NCBI GenBank assembly: GCA_964464605.1 | Contig: CAYXJN010000004.1 | Span: 186,001-250,000 of the forward strand | Reading direction: 5' to 3' | DNA from: an uncultured Ignavibacteriales bacterium | GTDB lineage: Bacteria; Zixibacteria; MSB-5A5; GN15; FEB-12 | DNA: 64,000 nucleotides | Shown: one piece after another, positions 46,813-57,619 of the stretch | Numbering within the stretch: position 1 is the stretch's first letter | Layout of the letters: each line of letters begins with the position of its first letter | Notes under the pieces: generated by a model | What the model was told of the DNA's origin: nothing | Database searches by the model: none | The model's input: the letters and a program-made list of their open reading frames with translations, nothing else | Program-made: the position numbers and the translations under genes

Positions 46813-47454
46813 ATGAACGTTAAAGCGCTGGTACTCGGCCCGTATGAGATGAATTGTTATTTGTATTGGGATGACTCCACCAAAACCGGCGTCGTGATTG
46901 ATCCGGGGGATGAGTTCCCGCGAATCCAAAAAGAGATCGAACGTATCGGGTTTACGCCGAAAGCGATCTTGCTGACGCACGGGCATGTCGACCATATTGG
47001 TGCTGTCGGTGAGATGAAAAATCAGTATGACATTCCGATTTATATAGGCAAAGGGGAAGAGCACTTGTTGGTAGACCCACAGGCAAATCTATCGGCATGG
47101 TCAGGTGTTCCGGTGGTATCGCCGCCGGCCGACAAACTGCTCAGACACAATGATACGCTGACCTTCGATGGCGTCACCTTCCAGATTCTTTCCACGCCCG
47201 GTCATTCACCGGCGTCGATCTGTTATTACGACAAAAACACTGGCAATCTGTTTTGTGGCGATGCGCTTTTTAACGGTTCCATCGGCCGCACCGATTTTCC
47301 CGGCTGTTCCCTTGATGTGTTGTTGAAAAGCATCGAAGAACATATTTTGTCATTGCCGGATACGACTATCTGCTTTCCCGGGCACGGCCCGACGACAACC
47401 GTCGGCGCTGAACGTAAACATAATCCGTTTTTATTGGGAAGGTATCATGGCTGA
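46813..47454 (+). CDS. MBL-fold metallo-hydrolase (glyoxalase II/YcbL-like)
   Basis: THGHVDHIG, TPGHS, GDALFNGSIGRTD, PGHGP. Confidence 0.9.
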   Translation: MNVKALVLGPYEMNCYLYWDDSTKTGVVIDPGDEFPRIQKEIERIGFTPKAILLTHGHVDHIGAVGEMKNQYDIPIYIGKGEEHLLVDPQANLSAWSGVPVVSPPADKLLRHNDTLTFDGVTFQILSTPGHSPASICYYDKNTGNLFCGDALFNGSIGRTDFPGCSLDVLLKSIEEHILSLPDTTICFPGHGPTTTVGAERKHNPFLLGRYHG

Positions 47455-48301
47455 AACTGTTCGCCCGCTTGAAATAGAAGGACTCGAAGACCATCATTGT
47501 CACTGCGATTATTCCATCGATGCCGCTAACACTATCGATGACTACTGCCAGGCGGCGATCTCGCGAAATTTGAAAACGCTTTGCTTTACGACGCATTATG
47601 ACCCGAATCCGACATCGCTGATTAAGGCGTATTACATCCGGGTTAAAGGGGTTGATACACCCGTTTCACCGGAGGCATTGGCGCCGTATGTCGATGATGT
47701 CCTTCGCGCCAAAGAGCGATACGCGAAGCAGAATCTGACCGTCAAACTCGGTGTCGAATATGGGTGGTATCATGGCGCGGAAGAAGCGGCGATAAAGCTT
47801 TTCGAGAGATATCCGTTTGAGTACAAACTTTGCGGGGTGCATGAAATAGATGACGTTTGTTTCTGTTCGCAAAGTTCGTATGAACGTTGTTTCGAAGGAA
47901 AATCGATAGAATACATCGTCGAAGACTACTTCAAACAGGCAACCGATGCCGCCAATTGCGGTTTGTTTACGACTATCGCGCACTTGGGATATTATTTGCG
48001 CAAAGGGTTAATCTACTACGGTGAATCGATGCTTTCGGCGCATCGCCCGTTCATGGCTGATTTCTTTAAGGCAATGAAGCGTACCGGCACTGTTTTGGAA
48101 ATCAATACCGGCGGAGTGCGGCATGGGCATTCGTTTTATTACCCGACTCCGGAGATGATTGCGATGGCCGCACAGGCGGGAGTGCCGGTGAAATACCTCG
48201 GTTCTGATTCACACCGCCCTGAACATGTCGGTTTCCAGTTCGACAAAGCAGTGCAAGGACTCACGCATGACCCCAGAAAAATCACCGGTAGTCCGGCCTA
48301 A
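47447..48301 (+). CDS. PHP-domain phosphoesterase, histidinol-phosphatase-like
   Basis: DHHCHCDYS, FTTH, GVE, EINTGG, GSDSH. Confidence 0.8.
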   Translation: MAETVRPLEIEGLEDHHCHCDYSIDAANTIDDYCQAAISRNLKTLCFTTHYDPNPTSLIKAYYIRVKGVDTPVSPEALAPYVDDVLRAKERYAKQNLTVKLGVEYGWYHGAEEAAIKLFERYPFEYKLCGVHEIDDVCFCSQSSYERCFEGKSIEYIVEDYFKQATDAANCGLFTTIAHLGYYLRKGLIYYGESMLSAHRPFMADFFKAMKRTGTVLEINTGGVRHGHSFYYPTPEMIAMAAQAGVPVKYLGSDSHRPEHVGFQFDKAVQGLTHDPRKITGSPA

Positions 48302-48893
48302 AGCCAAAGTCTCTTTTCCGAAACTCACCAGAGAATTTTATAACCGTCCGACTTTGGAAGTCGCGCCGGAATTGCTCGGTAAATATCTGATCTATCATCA
48401 TCCGCTTGGCGTTATGTCTGCCAAGATCGTGGAAGTGGAAGCATATATCGGAATGGATGATCCCGCCTGTCACGCCGCGCCGGGAAAAACGCCGAGAAAC
48501 GCAGTCATGTTCGGCAAAGCCGGGATGACATACATCTATTTCATTTACGGTATGTATTATTGCCTGAATGTCGTGACCGAGCCGAAAGATTATCCGGCCG
48601 CGGTGTTGATCCGTGCGGCTGAGCCGGTTGAAGGGATTGAAATCATGCGCCAATTTTCACTAAAAAAGACCGAATTAGCCCTCTTAAACGGCCCCGGAAA
48701 GCTATGTCGGTCATTCGATTTGACCCGAAAGCAGAATGGCCTTGATTTGACCAAAGGGCAGATATATCTTCAAAACCGTTTTGAACAGGTACGAAGAATG
48801 AAGCGGTCAAAACGAATCGGAATCTCTGTTGGTGTCGAGCGCCGTTGGCGCTTTTTTGATGCAGACTCACCGGCTGTTTCGATTCGCTTGTGA
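48267..48893 (+). CDS. mpg: DNA-3-methyladenine glycosylase (MPG/AAG family)
   Basis: IVEVEAY, YIYFIYGMYYCLNVV, AVLIRAAEP, NGPGKLC, RIGIS. Confidence 0.92.
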   Translation: MTPEKSPVVRPKAKVSFPKLTREFYNRPTLEVAPELLGKYLIYHHPLGVMSAKIVEVEAYIGMDDPACHAAPGKTPRNAVMFGKAGMTYIYFIYGMYYCLNVVTEPKDYPAAVLIRAAEPVEGIEIMRQFSLKKTELALLNGPGKLCRSFDLTRKQNGLDLTKGQIYLQNRFEQVRRMKRSKRIGISVGVERRWRFFDADSPAVSIRL

Positions 48894-48922
48894 CCAAAAA
48901 ATAAGCATAGGGAGTTGATAGT

Positions 48923-50266
48923 ATGCCGAAACCGGCGCCGCTCAAGAAAAAAATAGACAAGAATGGCAGGGGGCTTCATCAGAACCACCACCATAACTCC
49001 GCTGATCAGATGGACAAAAATCCGACTAAATCGGTTCTTGAAAATGTGATGAAACAGGTGGATGAAGCAGCGGGTCACATGAAACTCGAAAGAACAACTG
49101 TCGAGTTTATCAAAAAGGCACGTCGCAGCACGATCGTGAATCTTCCGGTGCTGATGGATAACGGTACCCACCGGATGTTTGAAGGCTATCGTGTGCAACA
49201 TTCCATCGCCCGTGGTCCGGCAAAAGGTGGAATTCGCTACCATCAGGATGTTACCCTCGATGAAGTTCAGGCGCTTGCTGCCTGGATGACGTTCAAATGC
49301 GCTGTCGTAAACATTCCGTTCGGCGGCGGTAAGGGTGGTATCATCGTTGACCCGACCAAGTTGTCCAAAGGTGAATTGGAGCGGTTGACCCGTCGTTACG
49401 TTTCCGATTTGATGAATGTGTTCGGTCCGGAAAGTGACGTTCCAGCTCCCGACGTGGGTACCAACCCGCAGGTAATGGCCTGGTTTATGGATACGTTTTC
49501 CATGCGAGGCGGGCATCTTGCACCATCTGTTGTGACCGGCAAACCGATCGAACTCGGTGGTTCGCTGGGGCGTACCGAAGCAACCGGCCGCGGCGTTATG
49601 ATTACGACTCGTGAAGCTGCCAAGCATTTGAAAATGGATTTACGCAAAGCGACTGCTTCCGTGCAGGGGTTTGGTAATGTCGGTTCAATCTCCGCTAAGC
49701 TGATTCATCAACTGGGTGTAAAGATCACACATGTTTCCGATGTCGGCGGCGCAATTACCAATCCGAATGGATTGGACATTCCGGCATTGTTGAAATGGGT
49801 CGAGACCAAGAAAACAGTTGCCGGATTTCCGGGTTCAAAGAAAATCGAACCGGAAGAAGTTCTGTTTGCCAAAGTAGACGTGTTAGTTCCCGCTGCTTTG
49901 GAAAATCAGATAACCAAAGATAATGCCGCAAAAATTCAGGCGCGTATTATTTCCGAAGGCGCGAACGGACCGACCACACCGGAAGCGGATCCGATTCTTG
50001 AAAAGAAGGGAATTGTCGTTATTCCGGACATTCTTTGCAATGCCGGCGGTGTGACTGTTTCCTATTTCGAATGGGTGCAAAACCGTTTGGGATATTTCTG
50101 GTCTGAATCGGAAGTTAACAACCGGTTGGAAGAAAAGATGGTGGATTCCTTTGAAGGGGTTCTGGAAATGTCCAAACGGTACAAAACCAGCCTTCGCATC
50201 AGCGCATTTATTTTAGCCCTGGATCGCCTTGTGAAGGTCATTAACCTTCGCGGCATATACAGTTAA
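48923..50266 (+). CDS. gdhA: Glutamate dehydrogenase (Glu/Leu/Phe/Val family)
   Basis: GPAKGGIRYH, PFGGGKGG, DVPAPDVGT, QGFGNVG, EGANGP, NAGGVTVSYFEWVQN. Confidence 0.93.
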   Translation: MPKPAPLKKKIDKNGRGLHQNHHHNSADQMDKNPTKSVLENVMKQVDEAAGHMKLERTTVEFIKKARRSTIVNLPVLMDNGTHRMFEGYRVQHSIARGPAKGGIRYHQDVTLDEVQALAAWMTFKCAVVNIPFGGGKGGIIVDPTKLSKGELERLTRRYVSDLMNVFGPESDVPAPDVGTNPQVMAWFMDTFSMRGGHLAPSVVTGKPIELGGSLGRTEATGRGVMITTREAAKHLKMDLRKATASVQGFGNVGSISAKLIHQLGVKITHVSDVGGAITNPNGLDIPALLKWVETKKTVAGFPGSKKIEPEEVLFAKVDVLVPAALENQITKDNAAKIQARIISEGANGPTTPEADPILEKKGIVVIPDILCNAGGVTVSYFEWVQNRLGYFWSESEVNNRLEEKMVDSFEGVLEMSKRYKTSLRISAFILALDRLVKVINLRGIYS

Positions 50267-50292
50267 GGGGTCTTTTTTGGGTGGAAACCATG

Positions 50293-50325
50293 AACGGCTC
50301 TGCGTGTGCAGAGCCGTTTCTTTTT
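50293..50325 (+). terminator. Intrinsic terminator after gdhA
   Basis: AACGGCTCTGC-gtgt-GCAGAGCCGTT followed by a T-rich tract. Confidence 0.8.
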
Positions 50326-50374
50326 CTTGTGTACCAAAGCCGATGTTGCGTGTATAATCGGACAACAAAAACAG

Positions 50375-51004
50375 ATGTTTGACGAAAACTACATACAACG
50401 GGCGATTATTGCGGCGCCGGCGATTTTGTTTTCGCTGACGGTGCATGAATACTTTCATGCCTGGACGGCGATGAAATTCGGCGATAACACGGCAAAAGAT
50501 TTAGGGCGCCTGTCGCTCAATCCGCTTGTGCATCTCGACTGGATGGGAACGCTTTTGCTGTTCTTTACCAATTTTCGTTTCGGCTGGGCGAAACCGGTAC
50601 CGGTGAATCTGTACAATGTTCGTGACCCGCGCAAAGCGGATCTCTGGATCTCGTTTGCCGGGCCGCTTTCCAATGTCGGACTCGCGATTATTTTTGCGGC
50701 GATTACCCGGATTGTGCTGAACGTTGATGCTTTTTATAACCAGGGTGTTTTGCTCTTTTTGGTCTTGTCGGTCGGTATCAATGTTTCGCTCGCTATCTTC
50801 AACATGGTTCCGCTCTTTCCGCTGGATGGTTCGCATATTCTCCGATCACTGTTGCCGCCGTCATATGGTCCGAAACTGGATATGCTCGATCAGATTTCAC
50901 CGTTCATTCTTATCGCACTGGTCATTTTCGGCGGCCTTTCGCTGATATTAGGACCGATCGCCAATACCTTTATTAATCTGCTCATCGGCGTTAATGTTGT
51001 GTGA
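50375..51004 (+). CDS. Site-2 protease family (M50) membrane metalloprotease
   Basis: HEYFH, GWAKPVPVN, AGPLSN, FNMVPLFPLDG. Confidence 0.92.
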   Translation: MFDENYIQRAIIAAPAILFSLTVHEYFHAWTAMKFGDNTAKDLGRLSLNPLVHLDWMGTLLLFFTNFRFGWAKPVPVNLYNVRDPRKADLWISFAGPLSNVGLAIIFAAITRIVLNVDAFYNQGVLLFLVLSVGINVSLAIFNMVPLFPLDGSHILRSLLPPSYGPKLDMLDQISPFILIALVIFGGLSLILGPIANTFINLLIGVNVV

Positions 51005-51005
51005 C

Positions 51006-51659
51006 ATGCCCCGTTTACTTTGCACCGTTTTACTTTTCGCTTTTCTGTTAACGCATTGTTCATCCGGTCGCAAAGCAGAGCCTGCTCAGGAAACAGTATC
51101 TGCTATTGAACCGGGGAAAGTGTTCGCGGATGCGTATTTGTTTGACTGCAAGCTGAAGCGGCAGGGGAAGTCGAATTCGTTTCGTTTGGAATTGTTCGTT
51201 GCCGATAGTATCGCGGCATTTTCCGGAAAAGGATATTTAGGGAAAGGGATTTTCAGCGGATTGTTGACACGTGACAGTATCTATATCGTTTTCCCGACAA
51301 AGAAAGAATATATGGCTGAGGCAGTCACGACACTTTTGCGCTCCGGCGACTGCGTGCCGGAACTTTCCGACAGCAATGTGCATTCCTTTTTGCTGCCGTT
51401 AACGCAAGTGATGGCCGCTGATGCAGCCAGGAAAACGCAGACACGAACAATTGACAAACAGGGTGATAACTGTTCGCTGTCGTTGCACTTCAGCTACAAG
51501 AAGCGAAATCAGCGTTGGTATCCGGATCAGATTCAGTACGAAGACAACAGAGATAACCGGTTAACGGCAAAAAGCCGTGAGGTAAAAATCCGGGCGAAAA
51601 TCGCCGTTAACCGCTTTCGTTTTTCACCGCCTGGGCAGGCGGTTCGTATTTTCCCGTGA
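51006..51659 (+). CDS. Hypothetical lipoprotein
   Basis: Signal peptide with LTH-C lipobox; coupled to neighbouring genes. Confidence 0.65.
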   Translation: MPRLLCTVLLFAFLLTHCSSGRKAEPAQETVSAIEPGKVFADAYLFDCKLKRQGKSNSFRLELFVADSIAAFSGKGYLGKGIFSGLLTRDSIYIVFPTKKEYMAEAVTTLLRSGDCVPELSDSNVHSFLLPLTQVMAADAARKTQTRTIDKQGDNCSLSLHFSYKKRNQRWYPDQIQYEDNRDNRLTAKSREVKIRAKIAVNRFRFSPPGQAVRIFP

Positions 51660-51729
51660 ACCAGCCGGTAACCGGAGTTGTTGATAACTGACAACGCTCA
51701 TGGTACATTACGCAAAATGAGACAATTGA

Positions 51730-53574
51730 ATGAATCTATATAAACGAACATTTCGGGTAATCGGGGAGTTTTGGCGGCAGTTGGTGGTCGCTTCGACATC
51801 ATCGGCTATCCATGCTGTTCTGTCGGCGCTTTTGGTCTGGATGGTCGGGCCGCTGTTGATGACGCTTTTCAAAAGCGATGCGGGCACGGCATTGCCGTTT
51901 GGTGCGGATGCGGTCGGAGCGCCATCCACAGTATCAGGTGCGAAGAACTGGCTGCATGATATTGTCGATACAATCGTGCTGACCGATTCGAGTGAGGCAA
52001 CACTTATCCGTTTCTGTTTCATGATAATCGGGATCGTGCTGCTACGTAATATTTTCTACTACATCCAGTGGTTTTTTATGTCCTATGTGCAGCAGGCGAC
52101 TATGCAGCGACTGCGTAATTTGTTGTTTGAAAAGTATCAACGGCTGTCGCTTGATTATTTTCACCGCCAGCGTACAGGTCAGATTATTTCCCGAATTACC
52201 AACGATGTCGCGGTGCTGAATGCTTCACTTGATGTCGGTTTCAACCAGCTTATCGGGGATGGCATTTTAGTCATCGTGCTTTTTTCATTCCTGTTGATTC
52301 TGAGTCCAAAGCTGACGCTCTTATCGCTGATTCTTTTGCCGATTATTTTCGGGTTTATCTGGTTCATCGGGAAAAAACTCCGCAAGTACTCCGGACGGGC
52401 GCAGGAAAAGATGGCGGATGTCAGCTCGGTCGTTGAAGAATCGGTCAACAATATTCGCATTATCAAAGCGTTTTCGATGGAGCCTTTCGAAACGAAAAAG
52501 TTCTTTGCCGCAACCCGTGATTATTTCAAATCTCTTTTGCGCATGGCGCGAGTACGGCATTTAGCTTCGCCGATCAATGACACGCTGACGACTATTGCGG
52601 GTGTAATCATTCTCTATTTCGCCGGTTCAAAGATTCTTGCCGGGCACGGTGAGTTAAGCGCCGGGGATTTTATTACCTACATCGTGGCGATGTTTTCAAT
52701 GATCAAGCCGGTAAAATCACTCAGTCAAGTGCATGTCAAACTGCAGGAAGGAATGGCGGCATCGGAACGAATTTTCGATGTGCTCGACCAACCGGAGAAG
52801 GTAGTCGACCCACCGAATCCAAAGCGGATAGAAAAATTTACGAATACCATCCGCTACCAGAATGTCTCGTTCCGATACTTGCACGATGTTCCGGTGCTCG
52901 TCGATGTTGCTTTCGATGTCAAAATCGGAGAAACGATCGCTATTGTCGGTCCGTCAGGCGCCGGGAAATCGACACTCGTTGACCTGTTGCCTCGCTTTTA
53001 TGACCCACAGCAGGGGACAATCACGATTGACGGTATAAACGTCAAAGATATGTCACTCTCTTCGCTCCGTGGGCTAATGGGAATCGTGACGCAGGATACG
53101 TTTTTATTCAACGATACCGTGCGGAACAATATCGCATATGGCGTCGCCGATATGCCGCAGGAAAAGATTGTCGAAGCGGCGCAGATGGCGAATGCGCATG
53201 AGTTTATCAAAGATTTGCAGCATGGGTATGATACGCAGGTCGGCAACCGCGGTGTTATGTTGTCCGGCGGACAAAAACAGCGTATAGCAATTGCTCGTGC
53301 TCTACTCAAAAATCCACAGATACTTATTTTCGATGAGGCAACCTCCGCGCTTGATACCGAATCGGAACATTTAGTGCAGGAAGCGATCGACCGATTGATG
53401 GCAGATCGCACAGTGCTGGTTATCGCTCATCGGTTGTCGACCGTCAAAAACGCCGACCGTATTTTAGTGTTGGATAAAGGAAAGATTGTCGAATCGGGTC
53501 GTCATACCGATTTGCTGGATGATAATGGTTTGTACGCCCGTTTGTATTCGATGCAGTTTTCCGGAGGAGTATGA
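51730..53574 (+). CDS. msbA: MsbA-like lipid A/LPS export ABC transporter
   Basis: ABC TM domain plus GPSGAGKST, LSGGQKQR, DEATSALD, AHRLST; adjacent to LPS glycosyltransferases. Confidence 0.85.
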   Translation: MNLYKRTFRVIGEFWRQLVVASTSSAIHAVLSALLVWMVGPLLMTLFKSDAGTALPFGADAVGAPSTVSGAKNWLHDIVDTIVLTDSSEATLIRFCFMIIGIVLLRNIFYYIQWFFMSYVQQATMQRLRNLLFEKYQRLSLDYFHRQRTGQIISRITNDVAVLNASLDVGFNQLIGDGILVIVLFSFLLILSPKLTLLSLILLPIIFGFIWFIGKKLRKYSGRAQEKMADVSSVVEESVNNIRIIKAFSMEPFETKKFFAATRDYFKSLLRMARVRHLASPINDTLTTIAGVIILYFAGSKILAGHGELSAGDFITYIVAMFSMIKPVKSLSQVHVKLQEGMAASERIFDVLDQPEKVVDPPNPKRIEKFTNTIRYQNVSFRYLHDVPVLVDVAFDVKIGETIAIVGPSGAGKSTLVDLLPRFYDPQQGTITIDGINVKDMSLSSLRGLMGIVTQDTFLFNDTVRNNIAYGVADMPQEKIVEAAQMANAHEFIKDLQHGYDTQVGNRGVMLSGGQKQRIAIARALLKNPQILIFDEATSALDTESEHLVQEAIDRLMADRTVLVIAHRLSTVKNADRILVLDKGKIVESGRHTDLLDDNGLYARLYSMQFSGGV

Positions 53575-54677
53575 ACGTACTCTTTCTCGATTCCATCGAG
53601 CGCTCGACGTTCGGCGGGGTGGAAGCATGGATCGGACTTGTCTCCGAAGGGCTCGTTTCGCGGGGGCACAACGTTACCGTCGCCGGACGAAACGGTTCAG
53701 AATTTTTACGACGAACTGCATTACAATCAGAACAAATCCAATTACTTCCGCTGCACATAAGCGGGGATTTTGATCCGGTGACCATTTCCAGATTATGGCG
53801 TGAACTGCGAGGTCGGGAAATCGATACTATTGTCGTGGTCTTCAACAAAGATGTCCGTCTTGGCGGCATAGCCGCCCGTCTTCGGGGGAAAACCCGAATC
53901 ATTTGGCGGTTGGGAATCAATCTTACCCGGCAAACGTTTCTTCATAAAAAAATGACACCGATGTTAATCGATGCGGTCATTACTCCTTCGACTTCATTGA
54001 AACAGGAGATAACGGCATCCGGGTATGTCTCAGCAGATGATATCACCGTCATTCCTACCGGCCTGCCGGATGTTCGGTTGCATGAAACAAACGGAAATCA
54101 GCGGGAGTCGCTGCGTAAACGTTACGGCTTGCCGCAGGATGCACTTATCGCGGTTACATCCGGACGTTTTGTTACCCAAAAGGGGCATAAATATCTCGTT
54201 GATGCTGCTCCTGAAATTGTCGAAGCGTTTCCCGATATCGTGTTTCTATTGCTTGGTGACGGTCCGCTTGAGGGTGAGCTTCGCAAGAAGATCGATGTAT
54301 TAGGCCTGCGCCGCCGTTTCATTTTCGCAGGGATGCTTGACACGCCAGAATATGAGTTAGCCGGATCGGATATCATGGTTCACCCGTCGGTCGTCGAGCC
54401 GTTCGGTATTGCGGTGCTCGAAGGGATGCGCGCCGGACTGCCGGTGGTGGCATCGCGAGTGGATGGTATCCCTGAAGTAGTGGAAGAAAACAAGAATGCG
54501 GTGCTGGTGCCATCGCAAGATCCGAAAGCGCTCAGTAAAGCGGTAATTGCTGTGTTAGGTGATGCCGAGCGTATGAAACAGATGGGAAAAGTCTCCCGTA
54601 ACCGCTGGCAGACTATCTTTAGTTATGACCGGATGCTCGATCAAGTGGAATCGGTATTGCAGGGGAAAGCCAAGTGA
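53571..54677 (+). CDS. Glycosyltransferase family 4
   Basis: GGVE, GRFVTQKG, EPFGIAVLEGM, SRVDGIPE. Confidence 0.9.
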   Translation: MNVLFLDSIERSTFGGVEAWIGLVSEGLVSRGHNVTVAGRNGSEFLRRTALQSEQIQLLPLHISGDFDPVTISRLWRELRGREIDTIVVVFNKDVRLGGIAARLRGKTRIIWRLGINLTRQTFLHKKMTPMLIDAVITPSTSLKQEITASGYVSADDITVIPTGLPDVRLHETNGNQRESLRKRYGLPQDALIAVTSGRFVTQKGHKYLVDAAPEIVEAFPDIVFLLLGDGPLEGELRKKIDVLGLRRRFIFAGMLDTPEYELAGSDIMVHPSVVEPFGIAVLEGMRAGLPVVASRVDGIPEVVEENKNAVLVPSQDPKALSKAVIAVLGDAERMKQMGKVSRNRWQTIFSYDRMLDQVESVLQGKAK

Positions 54678-55804
54678 GTATCAACTGGGAGCGAGTTCGC
54701 AAGCGATCGGAAAAGAAAGTAAAAGTATCTTTCTTTTATTTAGTATGTGCTTTTCTGCAAAAGGGACGGTCATTCAAACAGGTCGATCCGAAACAGGTCA
54801 AGCGGGTTCTGTTGCTTCGCCCGGAATCAAAACTTGGGGATATGGTTATCTCTTTGCCGGTAGTAGACAATCTGCGCCGCTTGTATCCGCATATCTCCGT
54901 TTCAATTCTCTGCTCACCACGTAATGCAATTTTGATTGATTCCGATTCCCGCTTCACGACCATTTACCGGTACACTAAGAGTCTCTGGCATGATTTTAAG
55001 ATGATGCAAAAAGTTCGCGCGGAAAAATTCGACTGCGTGATTGATTTATTAATCAATGACTCAGTAACTGCTTTAGTGCTTTCGCAGCTTTGCGGTAAAC
55101 AGGCGATACGAATCGGAGCAGGGAAGCATGCGTATGCGAAGTATTATGATTTCCATCTCGATGTTCCGCTTGAAAACGAAGACCAAATAATCTTCAGCAC
55201 GCTCAAAACACTTATGCCGTTCGGCGTGAAGCTTGAGCAAATGAATGGTTACTCAGAAGTGTACACTGGTAAAGAAGCTGATGCGACGGCTAACTGCTTC
55301 CTTACAGAGTTTCAGAAAGATGGCTCTAAAGGACTCGTGATTGGACACAACATTTCTGCGGGTTCGGCGAATCGGGTATGGGAAATTGAACGATCCCGTG
55401 AACTGATACGCCGTCTGCTCGCTGCGTATTCACTTGCCAAGGTAATAGTATTTACGGCACCCTCTGAACGGCATCGCGGAGAAGCGATTGTTGAAGGTTT
55501 TGATTCCCGAGTAACGATTGTTCCACCAAAGCTTTCTATTTTGGATGTTGCGGCTATTATCCGTCAACTCGATTTATTGATTTCACCGGATACTTCATTG
55601 GTGCATATCGCACGTGGATTCAAAGTGCCGGTTGTTGCGCTGATGCCAAACAAAACGCTACGACGCTGGCGGCCGTTTGGGCAGGAATTGGGAATGGTGG
55701 TCTGCAAAACAGGAGACCATATTCATGATATCACGGTTGATGAAGTGTTCGACATGACGCAAAAAATGCTGTCCGTAAAATCGCAGGAGATGGTTCGCCA
55801 ATGA
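54674..55804 (+). CDS. Glycosyltransferase family 9 (heptosyltransferase-like)
   Basis: KLGDMV, ISPDTSLVHIA. Confidence 0.88.
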   Translation: MSINWERVRKRSEKKVKVSFFYLVCAFLQKGRSFKQVDPKQVKRVLLLRPESKLGDMVISLPVVDNLRRLYPHISVSILCSPRNAILIDSDSRFTTIYRYTKSLWHDFKMMQKVRAEKFDCVIDLLINDSVTALVLSQLCGKQAIRIGAGKHAYAKYYDFHLDVPLENEDQIIFSTLKTLMPFGVKLEQMNGYSEVYTGKEADATANCFLTEFQKDGSKGLVIGHNISAGSANRVWEIERSRELIRRLLAAYSLAKVIVFTAPSERHRGEAIVEGFDSRVTIVPPKLSILDVAAIIRQLDLLISPDTSLVHIARGFKVPVVALMPNKTLRRWRPFGQELGMVVCKTGDHIHDITVDEVFDMTQKMLSVKSQEMVRQ

Positions 55805-56574
55805 AGCTTTCGGTTGCGATTATCACTAAAAACGAGGAAGCGAATATCGCGCGCTGTCTGAAATCGGTCAGTTGGGCGGATGAGCGGATTGTTTTGGATT
55901 CGAATTCGACTGATAAAACGGTGCAGATAGCCAAAGAACATGGCGCGATTGTGCACAACGCCGAGTGGGAAGGGTTCGGTAAAGCAAAACAGCACGTAAT
56001 TGAATTGACCACTGGTGATTGGATTTTGTCTCTTGATGCAGATGAAGAAGTCACCGAGCCGCTCGCTGAAGAGATGCAAAGGGTGATGAGTTCATCATCT
56101 GATATTGTCGGATACTACATGAAACGTCGCAATCTGTTTTTGAACCGCTGGATTTCGCATTGCGGCTGGTATCCGGATTACACTCTGCGTTTGTTCAAGC
56201 GGGATCATGGAAAATTCGATCTGGCGATTGTGCATGAGGAACTGCTTATCGACGGTAGAACCGCCTTTTTGAACGGTGAGCTTAGACATTACAATTATCC
56301 ATCGTTGGCGCTTTACCTTGAGCGTTCAAACCGATACACGACGCTTGGGGCGCAAAAGGCATACGAGGCCGGTATTCGCGCTAACTGGTTCGACCTGACA
56401 ATTCGACCAGCAGTTTCCTTTTTTTCGCATTATATTATAAAACAAGGATTTCGTGACGGACTGGAAGGATTCCTTATCTCAACCCTTTCGGCGGTTGCAG
56501 TCCAGACCAAATACGCAAAATTACGGGAATTACAAAACCATGCTGATACACCGCGAAACAGAAGCAGCAACTGA
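55801..56574 (+). CDS. Glycosyltransferase family 2 (WaaE/LgtF-like)
   Basis: IITKNEEANI, DSNSTD, SLDADE, GWYPD, VHE. Confidence 0.9.
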   Translation: MKLSVAIITKNEEANIARCLKSVSWADERIVLDSNSTDKTVQIAKEHGAIVHNAEWEGFGKAKQHVIELTTGDWILSLDADEEVTEPLAEEMQRVMSSSSDIVGYYMKRRNLFLNRWISHCGWYPDYTLRLFKRDHGKFDLAIVHEELLIDGRTAFLNGELRHYNYPSLALYLERSNRYTTLGAQKAYEAGIRANWFDLTIRPAVSFFSHYIIKQGFRDGLEGFLISTLSAVAVQTKYAKLRELQNHADTPRNRSSN

Positions 56575-57601
56575 AAAAATAGATATCAAACCCGGCTCAC
56601 GGGTGCTTATCAGCCGGACCGACCGATTGGGTGATCTGGTACTGGCTTTGCCGTTTGTAGAAACGATGAAAATGCGGTATCCGGAATGTCAGATTGAAGT
56701 GTTGGCATCGCTGTACGCCTCCCCGATTTTGGAAAACAATCCGCATATCGACCGTATCATGCGCGTGCAAAACGACCAGTTAGCGATAAACAAGTTTTAC
56801 GAAAAAGATGCCTTCAACAAAATCAAACGGGCGAAGTATGATGTTGTCGTTGTGTTGTACCCTGACCGGCGAATCAGCCGGATGTTTTATAAAGCGAATA
56901 TTCCAGACCGTATCGGCACGGCCGGTCGTTTTCACTCCATCTTTTTCAATCATCGGTTATTGCATAGCCGAAAGAAAAATCTCAAGCATGAGTTCGAATA
57001 CAATCTCGATTTCCTGACCTTTTTCAAGGACGGGGAAACCCAGCGGATGCCAAAGGTCTACCTGCGGGAGAAGGAAATCGTCAACGCCCAGCGTCTATTG
57101 CGGGATGCAGGCGTAGTCGGGGATTTTGTGGTTCTTCACCCCGGTTCAGGAGGCTCTGCAGAACGGTGGCAGTTCGACCGATTTATACGGTTATATGATG
57201 AACTTTCCGGTGCAGGGTTGCAGGTAGTTATGTCAGGTTCTGAGCGGGAAAAAGAACTGCTGCATGAAATGTCGCAATCAATGGGGATAACCACCCGCCA
57301 TATTGCAGGGGAAACCGATCTGCGAACATTGGCTGCCGTGTTGCGCTTAGCCAATGTCGTGGTGGCCAATTCCACCGGTCCGCTGCATTTAGCGGTTTCG
57401 GTCGGGACGAAAGTGGTCGGTTTGTATCCGGGTAAAAAAGTTATGTCACCCCGTCGCTGGGGGCCGCTCGGTCGCTATGACCGGGTTATTCAGCCGATCG
57501 GACCCGATTGTACTTGCCCGCCCAAACAGTGTACCTGTATGGAACGGATAACGGTTGAGCGGGTTGCCGGGGAAGTAAAAGCTCTCCTGGCGCATCGCTA
57601 G
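56540..57601 (+). CDS. Glycosyltransferase family 9
   Basis: RTDRLGDLVLALP, HPGSGGS, NSTGPLHLA. Confidence 0.88.
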   Translation: MLIHRETEAATEKIDIKPGSRVLISRTDRLGDLVLALPFVETMKMRYPECQIEVLASLYASPILENNPHIDRIMRVQNDQLAINKFYEKDAFNKIKRAKYDVVVVLYPDRRISRMFYKANIPDRIGTAGRFHSIFFNHRLLHSRKKNLKHEFEYNLDFLTFFKDGETQRMPKVYLREKEIVNAQRLLRDAGVVGDFVVLHPGSGGSAERWQFDRFIRLYDELSGAGLQVVMSGSEREKELLHEMSQSMGITTRHIAGETDLRTLAAVLRLANVVVANSTGPLHLAVSVGTKVVGLYPGKKVMSPRRWGPLGRYDRVIQPIGPDCTCPPKQCTCMERITVERVAGEVKALLAHR

Positions 57602-57619
57602 TAAAGCTTACGTGCTTCT

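Noticed and set aside
48770..49627. 285-aa ORF antisense to gdhA
   Set aside because: Long antisense ORFs are a common by-product of codon bias in conserved genes; it has no recognisable motifs.
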